This document shows positions 1 to 12,209 of a stretch of DNA of 64,000 nucleotides, one piece after another; position 1 is the stretch's first letter, and every line of letters starts with the position of its first letter. Both the position numbers and the translations under genes were made by a program. The notes beneath the pieces were generated by a model. It made no database searches and was not told where the DNA came from. It saw only the letters and a list, made by a program, of their open reading frames with translations. The stretch is taken from assembly GCA_951406725.2 (NCBI GenBank), contig OX597819.1, positions 60,884,001 through 60,948,000 on the forward strand. The letters run 5' to 3'. The DNA is from Octopus vulgaris. Its lineage: Eukaryota.

Positions 1-270
1 GTGACTGTCGTTATGTTTGTTACTTTCGTTGTTATTCTCGTTATTGTTGTTTGTTTAGCTCTAGGTTAGCCTTGTTTGAGCCAATGGCCTTCCAGTGGTG
101 ATCATCCGGTTATACACTCAGTGTTTTCTGGGACTACATTAGCTTGTGTTTTAAGACCATTGGGTATGGTTTGAGGGATATTTTTCAGCTACTTCTGGTC
201 GGCCGAACAACCACATATAAGCTCCATCATTAGCTTGTGTGATATGAGGGAAATTCGCCTGGCAGATAAA

Positions 271-410
271 CTCTCTTTACTCTCTTTACTTGTTTCAGTC
301 ACTTGACAGCGGCCATGCTGGAGCACCGCCTTTAGTCGAGCAAATCAACCCCAGGGCTTATTCTTTGTAAACATATGTACATATTCTATCAGTGTCTTTT
401 GCCGAACCGC
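271..410 (-). mobile_element. SINE family A, 3' half
   Basis: Reverse complement of the family-A tail (GGCGGTGCTCCAGCATGGCCGC...GACTGAAACAAGTAAAGAG) seen in full copies at 5468 and 25677; truncated at a (TA)n palindrome. Confidence 0.85.
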
Positions 411-887
411 TATATATATATTGTATTTTAAAAATACAATATATATATATACATTGGAGATCAAAAGCTTAACCGAGGACTCGAACGGTTTCATTTCTTT
501 GCATTATTCTGAGAACCAATTTTCGGCTTAGAAAATAATTTTCCTAGTAGTAATTATAATAAACAGTCGATACTGATTGTAATTTCGTTAAGAAATAAAC
601 AAATAAAAAATACTTGTGAAACATTACATTTTTCCGAGGAGACGAAACTAATAAATGTGCCCCAAGCATTCTTCCGTGGACACAAAAACAAAGCGAAACA
701 ATGCCGTGTGCAGAAGATACACAATGTAAATATATGAATGCCAAGGTTTGACACTGTTCGCTTTTGGTCACCATATTAGTTTACTTGCCGACAGGAATTT
801 ATTGTATAACACTTGAAGCGACGAAATAAATAATGGGTAATATTTTATGACTTTTAATATCCTGTATTGTGTCTTGTATGTTTGTTT

Positions 888-890
<3 letters not shown>

Positions 891-950
<60 letters not shown>

Positions 951-1685
951 TGTGTGTGTATATATGTATTTGTACATACGCATACATACATACCTACAAA
1001 GATTCACCCCCCCCCACAAAGATTACAGTAAAATGTCTGTGGAGAGTGAAATACATATTGTTTACGCATACATGTATGTATGCATGTCTGTATGTGAATA
1101 TATACATGTATATACATACATACATAAATATACATACATATGTATACAGACATACATATATATATATATACATACATATATATACACATACATACATATA
1201 TATACACATACGTATATATACACATATATAAGCACATACATGTGTATGTAATACGTATATATCTTTGTATGTGTATATATATGTGTATATATGTATGTAT
1301 ATATGTTTTTATACATATATGTATATATGTATGAATATATATATATGTTGTTATAGATATATGTATATATGTATGAATATATATATATGTTGTTATAGAT
1401 ATATGTATATATGTATGAATATATATATATATGTTATAGATATATGTATGTATGAATATATATATATGTTATAGATATATGTATATATGTATGAATATAT
1501 ATATATGTTATAGATATATGTATATATGTATGAATATATATATATGTTATAGATATATGTATATATGTATGAATATATATATATATGTTGTTATAGATAT
1601 ATGTATATATGTATGAATATATATATATGTTGTTATAGATATATGTATATATGTATGAATATATATATGTTGTTATAGATATATG

Positions 1686-1720
<35 letters not shown>

Positions 1721-2594
1721 GTATATATATATATATGTATGTATATATATATGCGTATATATATGCATGTATGTATATGCATGTGTGTATATATATATAT
1801 ATGCGTATATATATATGCATGTACGTATATGTATGTATATGCATGTGTGTATATATATATATGCGTATATATATATGCATGTACGTATATGTATGTATAT
1901 GCATGTATGCATATATATGTATATATATATATGCATGTATATATGTGTATATATATATATGTATATGTGTATATATGTGTGTGTATATATATGTATATGT
2001 ATGTGTGTGTGTATATATATGTATATGTATGTGTGTGTATGTATATGTGTGTGTGTGTATATATATGTGTGTGTGTGTGTATATATATGTATGTGTGTGT
2101 GTGTGTATATATATATGTATGTGTGTGTGTATATATATATATGTATGTGTGTGTGTATATATATATATGTATGTGTGTGTGTATATATATGTATGTGTGT
2201 GTGTATATATATGTATGTGTGTGTGTATATATATGTATGTGTGTGTGTGTGTATATATATGTATGTGTGTGTGTGTGTATATATATGTATAATGTGTGTG
2301 TATATATGTATATGTGTGTGTATATGTATGTATATGTATATATGTGTGTGTATATGTATATATATGTATATGTATATATATATGTGTGTATGTATATGTG
2401 TGTATATATATATATATATGTGTGTATGTATATGTGTGTATATATATATATATGTTTGTGTGTATATGTGTGTGTGTATGTGTATGGATATGTGTATGTA
2501 TATATGTGTGTATATATATATATATATTCTTCTATACATACATATATGCACGTTTGTTTTTCCTTGTATTGTCCTTTTGAATGTATGTTTATAC

Positions 2595-2644
<50 letters not shown>

Positions 2645-2645
2645 A
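891..2645. repeat. Compound (TA)n/(CATA)n/(TG)n microsatellite-minisatellite block
   Basis: Directly visible; includes ~45-50 bp units containing ATGAATATATATATATGTTGTTATAGAT at ~1320-1690. Confidence 0.95.
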
Positions 2646-3346
2646 AGTTAACATATCTAAATATTTTTCGTCCACATCTCTCCATATTTAATAAACTGCA
2701 CATACTTTCGTTTATTAGACAACACGTTATAGTATTCATTGTATACTAGGTTTCAGTCATATATTATTTCTTTTTATTTCTTTAAGTTCATTGCTATGTG
2801 GTATTCCAAAAATAAAATGAATTTGGGTGGTTCTTGTTTATGAATTTCTTTCACTGAATATATATAGAGAGATGTTTTGTTATAAGTTTACAACGGGCGA
2901 GACATTAGAACCTTGTTTACGCTTGATTGTTATCTGAAACCAAGTAGGTTATATGGTAACTAAACCTTTTCGCTTTGAAATTCCTCGGGACTATTTGATT
3001 CATCCCTTTTAAAATTCCAAATATTTCTTTGGTCCAATAGTAGAACGTCTGTCATGCTTACAGTAGATGTGGGTTCGATTCTTACAACCAGTCTTCGACT
3101 TTTTTTTTTCAAAAGTGTTTTTAACCCAGCATTTTACACTACATGCTATTATTTATATCTTTATCTACTTTGAGTTCTAAGGTTACAAAAAGAAAAAAAA
3201 AATGAAAATAAAAGCAAAATCCGAACCATTTCACGTTTCTCGAAGTTTCTCAATCCTTATGACGTAACTAAATATTTTAGGTTTTTTCTTTCTTCACTTC
3301 TGTTACTTTGAAAGAGTCAAATATGATATCGTGTTATTGAAGTGAT

Positions 3347-3537
3347 ATCTCTTTTACTTGTTTCAGTCATTTGACTGCGGCCATGCTTGAACACCGCCTT
3401 TTGTCGAAGGCAAATCGACCCCTGGACTTATTCTTTGTAAGCCTAGTTCTTATTCTATCGGTCTCTCTTTGCCGAACCGCTAAGTTACGGGGACGTAAAC
3501 ACACCAACATCGGTTGTCAAGCGATGTTGAGGGGGAC

Positions 3538-3615
<78 letters not shown>

Positions 3616-3741
3616 CGGGCTTCCCTCAGTTTCCGTCTACCAAATCCACTCACAAGGCTTTGGTCGGCCCGAGGCTATAGTAGAAGACACTTGCCCAAGG
3701 TGCCACGCAGTGGGAATGAACCCGGAACCATGTGCTTGGTA
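3347..3741 (-). mobile_element. SINE family A, near full length
   Basis: Tail, internal (CA)n(TA)n spacer and tRNA-like head with CORE-like ACCTTGGGCAAGTGTCTT, all on the minus strand. Confidence 0.9.
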
Positions 3742-4597
3742 GTTTGAATTAAAAGTAACTTAATTTTACTATATGACGTAGTTTTCTTTATATCAATTAA
3801 CCAATCGGAGGCAACATTGAGCTGGCAGAATCGTTTGACTGATAGGATGCCTTTCGGTATTTCTTCAGACTCGTTTTTTTCTTTAAGTGCAATTCCCACC
3901 GAGGCCGACTTTGCCTTGAAATAAAGTACCAGTTAATCACTGGGATCGATTTCATCAATTAACCCTTTCTCTCTCCTCACCATTTGCTAGTTTTGTGTCT
4001 AAATTAATAATAATTAATCAGTCGGAGAGTGACGATCTGAAAAATCGATAGAGCATCGGACAAAATATCATGTGCTATTTCTTCCGGTTCTTTACGTTCC
4101 AATTTCAGATCTCGCTCAAATCAGCTTTACTTTTCAACCATCCGTGGTCGATAAAATAAAGTACCAGTGAAGTACTTACCAGGTCGATGGTGTTCACTAG
4201 CCCCATTCTCGTCAAGAATATTTGGTTTTTATATAGTTTCTGTTTGACCAATTTTACTTAAAAGGTAGGTGCTGCTCCGAGGTTATTTTTTTTTCTTCCC
4301 AGTTGCTCAAGATGCTACGCAGCGGAATGGAAGCTGGAAGCTCTAGATTGCGAAGAGAACTTCTTAACCACCGAAACACATCATGCTTGCATGTATGGTT
4401 CGGAACAAAGCGCGCGCGCACATACTCAAACACAGTTCTCTGTATGCATAATACATGCATGTGTCAAAGTGAGGGCCTCTCTTAGTTGATGTTCGCCAGG
4501 TTAGAAATAGCAGCAGCCAAGTTTCTCTGAAATCACACCCAGACAAGTTTATCACAAGTCACTCGAACAACGACGTCCTATACACACAAACACACAC

Positions 4598-4770
4598 GTC
4601 ATTATTGAGTTTTATTTCAAGATTTCTTGCCAATACAGAAAGAGCCAGTTTCTAACCTAGATCCAAGACACCTCCATTGGAATTTCAACATCAACAACAG
4701 ATTTTTTGCATCTATGTATGTTTACGCGCAGATTTCTACGTTTTGTTTTATGTACGTCTACTCATGCGTT
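4598..4770 (-). mobile_element. Short interspersed repeat, probably a Penelope-like terminal fragment (second partial copy at ~11294-11400)
   Basis: GTCATTATT[G/C]AGTTTTATTTCAAG...GGAATTTCAACATCAAC...GCAGATTT...CTCATGC occurs twice; minus strand has CCAATGGAGG...TAGAAACTGG, resembling Penelope terminal motifs. Confidence 0.45.
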
Positions 4771-5084
4771 CGATACACTATAACGACACAGCAACTCAAG
4801 TGTATAAGCCTTAACAGTGAAGAGCTTCCTTGTTTTTTCTCTCCTAACATCTTCAAAAAAAAAAAAAACGCATAGTTGTATATCTAGACATGTTCATATA
4901 TACTTAAATGATAGGATTTTTACAGTTCCAGTGATGGCTTGGATCTGTAGTCTTTGAATCAGCTTTCTCCTTTCTCGTATGTATGCATGCATGTATGTAT
5001 GCATGCATGCATAGGACGTTGTCGCCCTCTGGCCACGAATGTGGTTTGGAAAATACAAGAGAAAGAGGACATCTAAGGATCATT

Positions 5085-5235
5085 GATAAGAAGTTTTCAA
5101 ATCCAGTACCGAAGATACACTTTCTGTTTCGCACCCATTATTATTGGAGCCACAGGTTACATACCAACCCATCATGAGCAAAGTATTGATGAACATGGAA
5201 TTTTGGAGAGAATGCAAATCCTTAATTCTTACACT
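5085..5235 (+). pseudogene. Degenerate C-terminal fragment of an RLE-type (R2/R4/NeSL group) non-LTR ORF
   Basis: Translation FQIQYRRYTFCFAPIIIGATGYIP resembles the PIIIGALG motif downstream of restriction-like endonucleases. Confidence 0.4.
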
Positions 5236-5467
5236 ACAAATGATCACGATATCTGGGACTACAAAAGCCTGTAAGATTTATAGGATGATGAGCAAAATGA
5301 GATGCTTTCCTTCATAACCTTGCTGCCAAAATTTGTTCCAAACTAAAAAGAGAAAGAGAACGAACACGCACGCACGCAAGCGCCGTTTACCATCGGTCTG
5401 TTTGATCAGAGGTGACTTGAAACTAAATAACATTATTATCTTCATCACCAACAAAAACACATATATA

Positions 5468-5863
5468 GGCGCAGGAGTGGCTGTGTGGTAAGTAGCTTGC
5501 TTACCAACCACATGGTTCCGGGTTCAGTTCTACTGCGTGGCACTTTGAGCAAGTGTCTTCTACTATAGCTTCGGGCCGACCAAAGCCTTGTGAATGGATT
5601 TGGTAGACGGAAACTGAAAGAAGCCCGTCGTATATATGTTTGTGTGTGTATATGTTTGTGTGTCTGTGTTTGTCCCTCCAACATCGCTTGACAACCGATG
5701 CTGGTATGTTTACGTCCCCGTAACTTAGCGGTTCGGCAAAGAGAGACCGATAGAATAAGTACTAGGCTTACAAAGAATAAGTCCTGGGGTCGATTTTCTC
5801 GACTAAAGGCGGTGCTCCAGCTTGGCCGCTGTCAAATGACGGAAACAAGTAAAGAGTTAAGAG
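5468..5863 (+). mobile_element. SINE family A, full length (reference copy)
   Basis: tRNA-like head GGCGCAGGAGTGGCTGTGTGG (A box) and GGGTTCAGTTC (B-box-like), CORE-like segment, internal (TA/TG) spacer, 3' stem-loop tail and AAAGAG repeats. Confidence 0.92.
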
Positions 5864-5876
5864 TGATTTGCGCGCG

Positions 5877-5917
<41 letters not shown>

Positions 5918-6127
5918 TCCCCGTTTTTTGTTTGTTTTTTTTTGCTGCCCTAGATACGAAGTGTATTAAGTATAATCTAAAGAATATAGGGAAGTTGAAT
6001 AAGCCACAGTAAACTGTACTTTCTTTATAGTATAACCAGAATACTTAATTCTATAAACTTCTCTGATTCTGGCGTCGAAAGTATAGAAGAAAAACGCAAA
6101 CAGAACACTATATTCAGATGCAGCACA

Positions 6128-6163
<36 letters not shown>

Positions 6164-7220
6164 CACATATTTTGTTATATATGTTAATATAAAACGAACA
6201 CTTATAAAAGAATTAAATCAAACAGTGGCAGGTTATTATTTATGTTTCATTTTCCCACACTTGACAACAACAGTTTGTCTCAGAGTCTATTTTCTTACTT
6301 CAGTCTATTTTACTTATTTATTCATTGCGTTTTTTTTTTTGAAGATGTTAGGAGAGAAAAAACAAGGAAGCTCTTCACTGTTAAGGCTTATACACTTGAG
6401 TTGCTGTGTCGTTATAGTGTATCGTTTATTGACAGCCTGTTAGTTTGAGACAGTCATCTAAGTCAGCCGATCTCATCATATGTCAGTAAAGTGCACTAGA
6501 TTTTCTCAGCAGAGCGTCGAATCGGCAAGATAGAATCACAGACCGCTGGCCAGAACATAAAGAATTCTATTTATTGTAACATATAGCATTAACAAGAAAA
6601 TATGGTTTTGCTTTATATATATTTCACGAAATTCTTCTCTCTATTAAAAAAAAAAAAAAACGAGGAAAAAATTTAAATTATATGGGCAAGTTTATTTTTG
6701 ACTTCTTAATGTTATTTAGTTTACCAGCAAGAGAAAGTTTTAGAAGACACGCAAATTTGTTCAACAACTCGAATGGTTCGTGTGGGTGGAAACGTATTCG
6801 TGTTGCGTGTGTGTGTGGTGATCTGTGGGTCTTAAACTTCGTCTTCCTGTTGGGTACCTCAGAAATTAGTCTGCCGGAGTTAAAATTCAATGAAAAGAAC
6901 TGAGAATGCCAAAGTAGCAACACAGAGCGCGACAGAACCCCACCACCCATGTTTCAGATGGCCATTGGTGTATCGCTAGGCAAGTCAGCCAGGGTGGCAA
7001 TGGTGCTTTTACTGTAAGTTAATGGGTTAACGTCTATTCTTTTAATTTTCTTTTTTAGTTACCGCCAGGCTTTAAGCTTGCGCAGGCATGGCTGTGTGAT
7101 AAGAAGTTTGTTTCCGAACCACATGGCATTTGGATAAGTGCCAACGCACGAAACTCTCGCACCTTGAATCATCCTGTTGTTTCTGCTAAATATTAATAAA
7201 AAAAAAAAAACAAACATAAA

Positions 7221-8075
7221 AGGGCGGTGAGCTGGCAGAAGCGTTAGCATACCTTTTATCTGTCCTTGTTTGTCCCCTCTATGTTTAGCCTCTTGTGGGC
7301 AATAAAGAAATAAGAAACGTTAGCACACCGGGCGAAATGCCTAGCGGTATTTCGTCTGCCGCTACGTTCTGAGTTCAAATTCCGCCGAGGTTGACTTTGC
7401 CTTTCATCCTTTTGGGGTCGATTAAATAAGTACCAGTGACACACTGGGGTCGATACAATCGACTTAATCCGTTTGTCTGTCCTTGTTCGTCCCTTCTGTG
7501 TTTTGTCCCTTGTGGGTTGTAAAGAAATGGGTATTTCGTCTGCTGCTACGTTCTGAGTTCAAATTCCGCCGAGGTCGACTTTGCCTTTCATCCTTTCGGG
7601 GTCGATTAAATAAGTACCAGTTACTCACTGGGGTCGATACAATCGACATAATCCGTTTATCTGTCCTTGTTCGTCCCCTCTGTGTTAAGCCCCTTATGGG
7701 TAGTAAAGAAATAGGTATTTCGTCTGTTTTTACGTTCTGAGTTCAAATTCCGCCGAGGTCAGCTTTGCCTTTTATCCTTCCGGGGTCAATAAATTAAGTA
7801 CAAGTTGTGTCCCGAGGTCGATCTAATCCACTGGCCCCCTCCCCCAAAATTTCGGTCCTTATGCCTAGAGTAGAAAATAATCGTTAGCAGGCCGGGCGGA
7901 ATGCTTAGCGGTATTTCGTCTGTTTTTACGTTCTGAGTTCAAATTCCGCCGGGGTCGATTTTGCCTTTCATCCTTTCGAGGTCGATGAATTAAGTACTAG
8001 TTGCGTAGTGGGGTCGATCTAATTGACTGGCCTCCTCTCCAAAAATTTCGGGCTTTGTGCCTAGAGTAGAAAAGA
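7221..8075 (+). mobile_element. SINE family B nested/tandem cluster (about 4 bodies)
   Basis: Head GGCGGTGAGCTGGCAGAA, B box GAGTTCAAATTCC, central GCCTTTCATCCTTTCGGGGTCGATTAAATAAGTACCAG (Meta/Sauria-domain-like, recalled) repeated; two tail types. Confidence 0.92.
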
Positions 8076-8149
8076 TTAATGAAAAACATACGTATATTTT
8101 GAGTTTTATTTTTCCCGTTTGCATCAACATGCATGCGCACACACACATG

Positions 8150-8372
8150 TGTATATCTGTGTGTCTTTGTGTTTATGTTTGTCGTCCACTATCGCTTGAC
8201 AACTGGTGTTCGTTTGTTTGCCTCCTCCTAATTTAGCGGTCCGGCAAAAGAGACCGATGGAATAAGTACCATACTTTAAAACTAATAAGTAGTGGAGTCG
8301 ATTTGTCCGACTAAACCCTTGAAGGCGGTGCCCCAGCACGGCTGCAGTCCAGTGACTAAAACTAGTAAATGA
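8150..8372 (+). mobile_element. SINE family A, 3' half (diverged)
   Basis: ATCGCTTGACAAC...GGCAAAAGAGACCGAT...GGCGGTGCCCCAGCACGGCTGCAGTCCAGTGACT. Confidence 0.85.
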
Positions 8373-8687
8373 TAGATCAGAGATAGGATACGTAACGTGA
8401 GTTTAGCAACAGTAAAACAATGGAAACACATTTTGTGGTGAGTGGATAATAGCATGGTATATCTTGGTCTGTGTTTGTGAAGTAATGTATTCAATCCAGT
8501 TAGAAATTCCAGACGATGAAAGAAATTCTTGATCCCTTTGAAGACTTCTTAAGAAGGGTAGCATTGATTGAGTACTTGGATATTTGAGGCTGACTTATTT
8601 CACAATATTTCCGTTGTACCGCACCGGCAAGCAGCAAGCATGTAAAAGTAATTGTGGTTAGGGTCAAACTAAGCGAAAATATAGCGA

Positions 8688-9075
8688 GTCTGTCTGTTTG
8701 TCTATCTATCTGTTGTTTGTCTATCTATGTATCTGTTGTTTGTCTATCTATCTATCTGTTGTTTGTCTATCTATCTATCTGTTGTTTATCTATCTATCTA
8801 TCTATTTGTCTATCTATCTATTTGTCTATCTATCTATTTGTCTATCTATCTATTTGTCTATCTATCTATTTGTCTATCTATCTATTTGTCTATCTATCTA
8901 TTTGTCTATCTATCTATTTGTCTATCTATCTGTCTATCTATCTGTCTATCTATCTGTCTATCTATCTGTCTATCTATTTGTCTATCGATATGTCTGTCTA
9001 TCTGTTCGTCTGTGTGTGTGTGTGTATGTGTATATATGTATGTGCCGTAGGTATGTGATAATGTGTGTGTGTGTG
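8688..9075. repeat. (TATC/TGTC)n then (TG)n microsatellite
   Basis: Directly visible. Confidence 0.95.
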
Positions 9076-9619
9076 GTGGAGGTTGTGTGCTGTCAACAGA
9101 ATCGTTAAATTCTCATGAAACCCTCCAAAGTATTTAGTTAAACCATGAATTTAAAGAATTTCGCGTTAAGATACAGACAGCATCAAAGTATAATTGTTGA
9201 AATGCAAATTGAAATGCCAAAACAACAATAATAATTACTAAAACAAAGTCTTCGTTTCCTTCTTGGTATGATGATGGATGTACAATCGCCGCTGAAACAG
9301 AATCTTCATATACAGGTTCGATTCTTGATCGAGCCATTTACCTCTTTTAACTCCAGTTATCTATTCAAATTGCAGACAATTCAGTCAATGGTCTCTGAAG
9401 GGATGGGTTTTCTCGGATTGATTTGACCTTAGTCTATTAGATGACGATAAAATCTTATGATCTAACAATTCATTAAGGATTATTGAACTTTTTTATTTGC
9501 TCAAGATGGCTGTCATATCGTTTCTGACGGAGATTGTTTACGATTGAGCGGTGTGTTTTTATTCATTAAACTAGACACTTTAGATTTAATAATTGTTTTC
9601 TTCTAGTTACATAATGGTC

Positions 9620-10178
9620 TCAAACTTTTGGTTCGAGGTTAGCAAGTTCGGCGGAGGGAGCAAGTCGATTACATCGGCCTCATGTCGACTCCGAAAAAGA
9701 TAAAAGGCAAAGTCGACTCCGGCGGCATTTGGACTCAGAGCGTAAAGTCGGACGAAATACCTATTTCTTTACTACCCACAAGGGGCTAAACACAGAGGGA
9801 ACAAACAAGGACAGACAAACGGATTAAGTCGATTATATCGACGCCAGGACACAATTGCTACTTATTTTATGAAACCCTGAAGGGATGAGAGGTAAAGTCG
9901 ACCTCAGCGGAATTTGAACTCAGAACGTGAAAACGGACGAAATAGCTATTTCTTTACTACCCACAAGGAGCTAAACACAGAAAGGACAAACAAGGACAGA
10001 CAAATGGATTAAGTCGATTATATCGACCCCAGTGCGTAACTGGTACTTATTTAATCGACCCCGAAAGGATGAAAGACAAAGTCAACCTCGGCGGAATTTG
10101 AACTCAGAACGTAACGACAGACGAAATACTGCTAAGCATTTCGCCTGGCATGCTAATGATTCTGCCAGCTCGCCGCCT
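9620..10178 (-). mobile_element. SINE family B tandem cluster (about 3 bodies)
   Basis: Reverse-complement family-B units joined at GACGAAATAC/CTATTTCTTTACTACCCAC; head GCCAGCTCGCCGCC at ~10165-10178. Confidence 0.9.
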
Positions 10179-10516
10179 TAGTAATAGTTACGTAATTCAA
10201 CCTAATTAATAAACAACTTTCTTTATTACAATACAAATAGATATTATGACAGATTCATTTAAACTGATGGAGATCTTGCTGTAGTTCTCATACTCTCTAT
10301 CTCTGGTTATCATGACAATGCGGTATGATTAACAAGGCGACCTGAGACGTTAACAAATAATGAATAGATGCTTCACAGCATGAAATGGAAGGAGGTGAAA
10401 GGTCAAGAGCGCCACCTGTTTTAAATATTCAATTTGAGTAGTCTATGATTATACAATGCAACTGAATAAAATATGGCTGTCTTTCTGAGAAAAAAGGTTG
10501 TCTGAGAGTGGTTATG

Positions 10517-10755
10517 TTATTGTCGTTCTGGTTTAGCCCCAAGACAGCTCAGCTCGAGTAGGACTATGATCAAAGTATTTCTAACCGTGACCATTTCATC
10601 GCATTTTTTCCGGATACAGTTTCAATGTATCTAAAACCACATTATCCGAGGTATCTTTCCAACTTTTAAAAGAGTTTAGCAAGTGATTTGAGGCGTATCT
10701 GCTACTACTTCTAGCAAGTCAAGCGACCATTTAAAAGCTCTCTCGTTGGCGCGAG
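10517..10755 (-). mobile_element. Old interspersed repeat family E (SINE-like); other copies ~45-235, 4475-4580, 28740-28830, 33190-33325, 35686-35750, 62405-62610
   Basis: Shared GTTTAGCCCC...TATGATCAAAG...GTGACCAT...GTGATTTGAGG...GCTATTTCTAGCA...GACCA...CTCGTTGGC pattern among dispersed copies. Confidence 0.7.
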
Positions 10756-10903
10756 TGCGTATGAGCTTTGCTGAGGTAATTATATATAGGTATATAGACT
10801 TAAACATACACAGTAATTAAAATGTAAATTTTGTATGTATGTATGTATGAAGCCCAGTTAGAACTACAGCCGGCTATTACTGGTAAAGGTATTAGTTGCC
10901 AAT

Positions 10904-11140
10904 AAAGGCGGCGAGCTGGCAGAAACGTTAGCACGCCGGGCGAAATGCGTAGCCGTATTTTGTCTGCCGTTACGTTCTGAGTTCAAATTCCGCCGAGGTC
11001 GACTTTGCCTTTCATCCTTTCGGGGTCGATAAATTAAGTACCAGTTACGCATTTGGGTCGATGTAATCGACTTAATTCGTTTGTTTGTCCTTGTTTGTCC
11101 CCTCTGTGTTTAACCCCTTGTGGGTAGTAAAGAAATAGGT
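10904..11140 (+). mobile_element. SINE family B, full-length long-tail copy with 17-bp TSD
   Basis: AGGTATTAGTTGCCAAT at 10887-10903 and 11137-11153 flanks a complete head-body-tail copy. Confidence 0.95.
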
Positions 11141-11402
11141 ATTAGTTGCCAATTCTGTACAAGACATTGTGGATCTTTAGCTGGGCTAAAAAGTCACATT
11201 CGATCACAGCACCAGTAACAGTTAAGCTTCGTGCAATGTCCATATTCGATAACGTGGGGGCAGCCATAATAATAATGTATGTATGTATGTATGTCATTAT
11301 TCAGTTTTATTTCAAGTACTGGAATTTCAACATCAACAGGATAAATTTGTATGTATACATGCAGATTTGTATGTTTTGTTTCATGTATGTCTTCTCATGC
11401 AT

Positions 11403-11977
11403 ATACAAGGGAAAGTCAAAAATTATCCGCGCTTTTGCCATAACATATCTTTATTATTGTCACACTGCCTTCTGTGCATGCGTGCTTATAGTGAGTACTG
11501 TTATGGTCACGTGATCGATGTTTGAGCCTGATCGCGCCAGTTTTCTTGTGCACCAAAGAACAAAGAGCAGTGATTCGAGAGATGGTTCACCGCTATCATC
11601 TCTCGAGTTTGCTGAATTTTCTCGTCAGTGGTGAGGTTGAGGGGCGTCATGCTCCCTCTTCGTGCATCACGCTTGTCCGGCCACTTTTAAACTTCTCGAT
11701 CCACACTACGCAGTAGGACACTGTCCCTGCATTGTGTTAAAAGCCTCCGATGAATTTCAGCACCTGATACACCTTCCGACCAGGGAAATCGGATCACTGT
11801 TCTCTGTTCTTCTTTGGTGCACATTGTTAGTGGAGTGGCCATGCTTACAATGTAAAGCCAGAAAGAAAAATGGCGCTATCAGCCTCAAACTTCGATCACG
11901 TGATCATAATAGCACCAACTATAAGCACGCATGCACTGAAAGTAGTGTGACAATAATAAAGATATGTTATGGCGAAA
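11403..11977. mobile_element. Fold-back mariner-derived MITE
   Basis: ~115-bp inverted arms (about 11433-11547 and 11864-11977); minus strand encodes a mariner N-terminal HTH (MATPLTMCTKEEQRTVIRF..SEGVSGAEIHRRL...IEKFKSGRTSV); plus strand encodes CTKEQRAVIR. Confidence 0.85.
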
Positions 11978-12206
11978 TACTTATTTTATGGGTCTTTTTG
12001 CCGAACCGCTAAGTTACGGGGACGTAAATACACCAACACTAGTTATCAAGCGATAGTGGGAGGGACAAACACACACACAACACACACACAACACACACAC
12101 CATTTTCCAAATCCACTCAAACGGCTTTGGTCGGCCCGAGGCTATAGCTGAAGATACTTTCGCAAGGTGCCACGCAGCGGGATTGAACCCCGAACCATGT
12201 GCTTGA
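11978..12206 (-). mobile_element. SINE family A, partial
   Basis: GCCGAACCGCTAAGTTACGGGGACGTAAA...GGTCGGCCCGAGGCTATAG...AAGGTGCCACGCAG. Confidence 0.85.
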
Positions 12207-12209
12207 GTA

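Noticed and set aside
768-2749. Overlapping ORFs in all six frames
   Set aside because: Microsatellite artefacts.
3030-3094. tRNA-like segment (TGGTCCAATAG...GGTTCGATTC)
   Set aside because: A/B-box-like motifs are present but no convincing cloverleaf; likely a decayed SINE head.
6056-6090. Hammerhead-like CTTCT-CTGATTC...GAAA...AGAAG (and a similar motif at ~23722-23752)
   Set aside because: Core and stems are too degenerate to call.
9134-9337. 67-aa ORF MARSRIEPVYED... with a hydrophobic stretch
   Set aside because: No recognisable homology; the hydrophobic part is explained by T-rich sequence; cannot be supported without RNA data.
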